From Protoeuglena noctilucae (Eukaryota), in contig OY253674.1 in the NCBI GenBank assembly GCA_958009085.1, forward strand, positions 868,001 to 932,000: DNA of 64,000 bases. The letters run 5' to 3'. Made by a program: the position numbers and the translations under genes. The number at the start of each line of letters is the position of its first letter. Positions within the stretch are counted from its first letter, which is position 1. Shown here piece by piece: positions 61,179 to 64,000 of the stretch. The notes beneath the pieces are model-generated. The model was not told the origin of the DNA. It saw only the letters and a list, made by a program, of their open reading frames with translations, and did no database searches.

Positions 61179-63787
61179 ATGACCGGGGCCGCAGGCGTGG
61201 ACGCCTCGCTCTTCGGGCCGAGGGGAGAGCCACCTTCTGCAGAAACGCTCTTTGCCAGGTTCAACCAAGGTAGAACCGGCCCCAGCGCGTGACCCTTTCC
61301 ATGTCGCGCCTGCTCCCGCTCCTCGAGCGCGTCTTCGCCCCTTCTTGCAGGCGACGATGGAGCCTTGATCGGTCTAGACAAGAAAGAGTTCGGCCGCATG
61401 CTCTTGGCCCTGACGGGCTCGACGTACGGCACGGCGGAGCAGTTCACTCGCTTCGTAGATGGAGAGTTCCGAGTCGCCGACATGGACCGCGACGGACTCG
61501 TTTGCGAGGATGAGTTCTACCTCTACTACTGGAAGCGAGTCATCTTCATCGTGCCCCCGGCGTTGGTGCGCGCCGCCTGGGCCGTGCGGCTGGGCTCGAG
61601 CACTGGCATGTCGCGTGGGCGTCATGCCAACACGTTCCGCTGCGCCCGCAGGGGACCAGCGGGGACAGCCATCTGCACGAGATCTTTGTGAACTTCTGCA
61701 GCCAAGGCTCAGCTGTGCGCATGGAACGCATGGGATGCACGACATGGCGGCGCCTCTGCAAGCGATGTGGGCTCCTGGCGTCGGGCGGGGAGGGCCTAGA
61801 GGCGTCCAGGTGCGTAACGAGGGTCAGAATGGGGCTTCATCCAGAGGCCGTGGATGCAGAGGCCCTCGTTGGTCGGGGTGCCGATTGGATGTGCATCTGA
61901 GGCTGCCCCCGCCCGTCGCACGCCTGCAGGGCCCACCGAGCGCTGCGGAGGCGTGGGTGCACGCTGGGCGACGCGGACATCGCGTTCAAGACGGTCATCG
62001 GACGGTACCGCAAGGCGGAGGGGGAGCGCGAGACGAGGCAGGAGCTCAACTATGGACAGTTCCTGGAGGCCCTGCATGTCATCGCGGGTGAGCCGCTTGC
62101 TGCCTCACCCCCGGCGCCCATGGCCGCACATGCCGGCCCCCGACCGTTCCACGGAGCGCTGTCTGCTGATGCGACCACAGACAAGCGGAGGGAGGGCCTT
62201 AGCGACACCATCCGGGCTGTCCTCCGGAGCAAGAAACTGCCAGAGGCCCTCCCAAGCGCCATGGACTTCGTGACCTTCGCCGAGGACGACTACACGCACG
62301 AGACGGCGGCAACGCCGCCCGCACTCCGCGGCCCGGGGGACGTGGCTGCCGCTGAGAGCCCGGCCGCTGCGCCGGGGGACCCTACGGCGAATGATGCGGC
62401 AGCGGCCGACGAGGCGGCGGCGGCAGGGACCTCGCCGGGCATGACGCAGCTGAGCCTCGGGTACCAGGGCGTCGGCACGGCTCGCTGGCACATGTACCTG
62501 CACCCTGACCAGCTCATGCCGTACCTTTACAAGGTGTTCAAGATGTACAGCGTGACCAACGACGCCGGCAGTATCATTGGCCTGGAGTGGATCGGTGAGC
62601 ACAGCCGCTGCGTGTTTCGTAAGTAGCCTCTGATTTCTGGGAATCAGTGCCATGACCTCCCCCCTCGCCGTCCCCGCCCTCCGCAGAGATGCAGAGCCTG
62701 ATGCGCAACGCGGGCATCGTGGGGACGGGCATGATGACTTTGGCGGAGCTGGAGCGCTTCTACGTCCGCGCCAAGTCGAGCAAGGACGCCTCGATGCACT
62801 TCCACCAGTTCATGCAGTGCCTCAAGACACGTGAGGGCTGCTCAGCAGCCTGCTCCGTTGCATGGCCGCCCCGGGTGCAAGCAGCTCCACCTCCCAACCT
62901 GTCGCAGTCGCCGCCCATCTGCGTCTCTCCCTCAACGAAGTGGTGGAGCGCCTGGTGGTGCACCTGTACCCACGCGCCATGAGGGTGGAGGTGACGGTGC
63001 ATCCAGGCAGAGTGCGCCGCGTGCACTCGCTAGTATGTTACTGCCATGGCGGTGACACGGTCCTGCGCCCCCGTGTCCTTGCACGCAGGCGTACCAGAAC
63101 AAGGCGGGCCAGCAGAACGTCGCGGACGCGGTGGAGGCCCTGGACACCAGGCTGCCCGTGGTGGCACAGCCACACACAGAGGCCCCGCAGCCACCTGCGT
63201 CGTTCGCGGAGTGGAAAAAGGACCACCCGTCGCAGGCGGGGAAGCACGCCGACGAGGTGGAGTGGGGTACGCGGCAAGCGGAGCTGGACACCACGGCGGC
63301 GGCGGCAAGGGGGGCATCGGAACCTGCTGGCAAGGCGGGGTCGGGTGGAGCGACTGGGGGTGCCGCGGAGCTGTCGACGAAGTCAGGGCCGGCTGCACCG
63401 ACTGCGGCGGGGGCAGCGGAGACTGCTGGCAAGGCTGGGCCTGCTGTGGCTGCGGTGGGAGCCCAGGAGCCTGCTTCCAAGGCAGGGCCAGCCGGAGCAG
63501 CTGCGGGGGGTGCTGCGGCGCCTGCTCCAGCGGCTGGGTCGGCCACTGCTGCGGTGGGAGCCACGGAGGTCGCTCCCAAAGCTGCGGTGGGTGCAACAGA
63601 GGCTGCCCCAAAGGGTGGGCTGGCCACGGCTACGGGGGATGCTGCGGCGCCTGCTCCCACGGCTGGGTCGGCGGCAGCAGCGACAGTGCCCGGCTCCACG
63701 GATGACGCTGCAACCGCGAGCCAAGAATTGCCCGGGACCTCGCCCAACCCCGGCAAGAAGAAGGGCAAGGGCCGCAGGCGGAAGTGA
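61179..63787 (+). CDS. EF-hand + p25-alpha(TPPP)-like repeat protein with Ala/Gly-rich repetitive tail; possibly cytoskeletal or flagellar
   Basis: EF-hand ADMDRDGLVCEDEF; p25-alpha-like LHEIFVNFC...WRRLCKRCGL...TLGDADIAF...LNYGQFLEALHVIA; a second unit LYKVFKMYS...MTLAELERFY...MHFHQFMQCL; C-terminal KKKGKGRRRK. Confidence 0.6.
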
Positions 63788-64000
63788 CGCTTCAATCGGC
63801 CTTACGAGCTCTGCCGCTGCGCTTGAAAAGAGGCTGCCTGTTCCCGGGCTCCGTGCTCCCCCCGAGTCGGGCGAAAAAGCGCCTCAAGAAACCGGGCTGG
63901 CGCCCAGTGCCTCGCGTGGGTGCAGCTGCCCCCGCGGGCCGCTCCGCGGTCCCCCTCGCATCCTACGCGCAAGACAGGAACAACATAGTTCGAATAAACG

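Overview
Gene-dense, GC-rich eukaryotic nuclear DNA, not prokaryotic. It is most consistent with a flagellated green alga (Chlorophyta): a PACRG with a Chlamydomonas-type N-terminal extension, several plastid-type enzymes, and short spliceosomal introns. By manually splicing ORF fragments I reconstruct about 20 intron-containing protein genes. In order: SANT/Myb protein, iodotyrosine-deiodinase-like nitroreductase, SKIP/SNW1, ABHD11-like hydrolase, two large unknown proteins, SRA-SET SUVH-type methyltransferase, small membrane protein, APE2-like endonuclease, TspO-like protein, SWI1/DYAD-domain protein, isopropylmalate dehydrogenase, PACRG, DUF393/DCC oxidoreductase, SWR1/PIE1, SLP phosphatase, ABCD transporter, OPA3, sucrose-phosphatase and an EF-hand/p25-alpha protein. 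There is one 200-N assembly gap. Most striking observations: (1) about 11 of roughly 100 inferred introns use non-canonical GC donors (AG|GCRAG), several inside invariant protein motifs; (2) gene orientation alternates almost perfectly (18 of 19 neighbour pairs switch strand); (3) introns repeatedly contain tandem 'echo' copies of their own splice donor or branch region; (4) unusual protein architectures: BAH-like + WHIM-like + DYAD/SWI1, a SUVH with a SET domain split by about 500 aa, and a membrane-anchored IYD-like enzyme. All family assignments come from recognised motifs, not database searches, and all exon structures are manual inferences.
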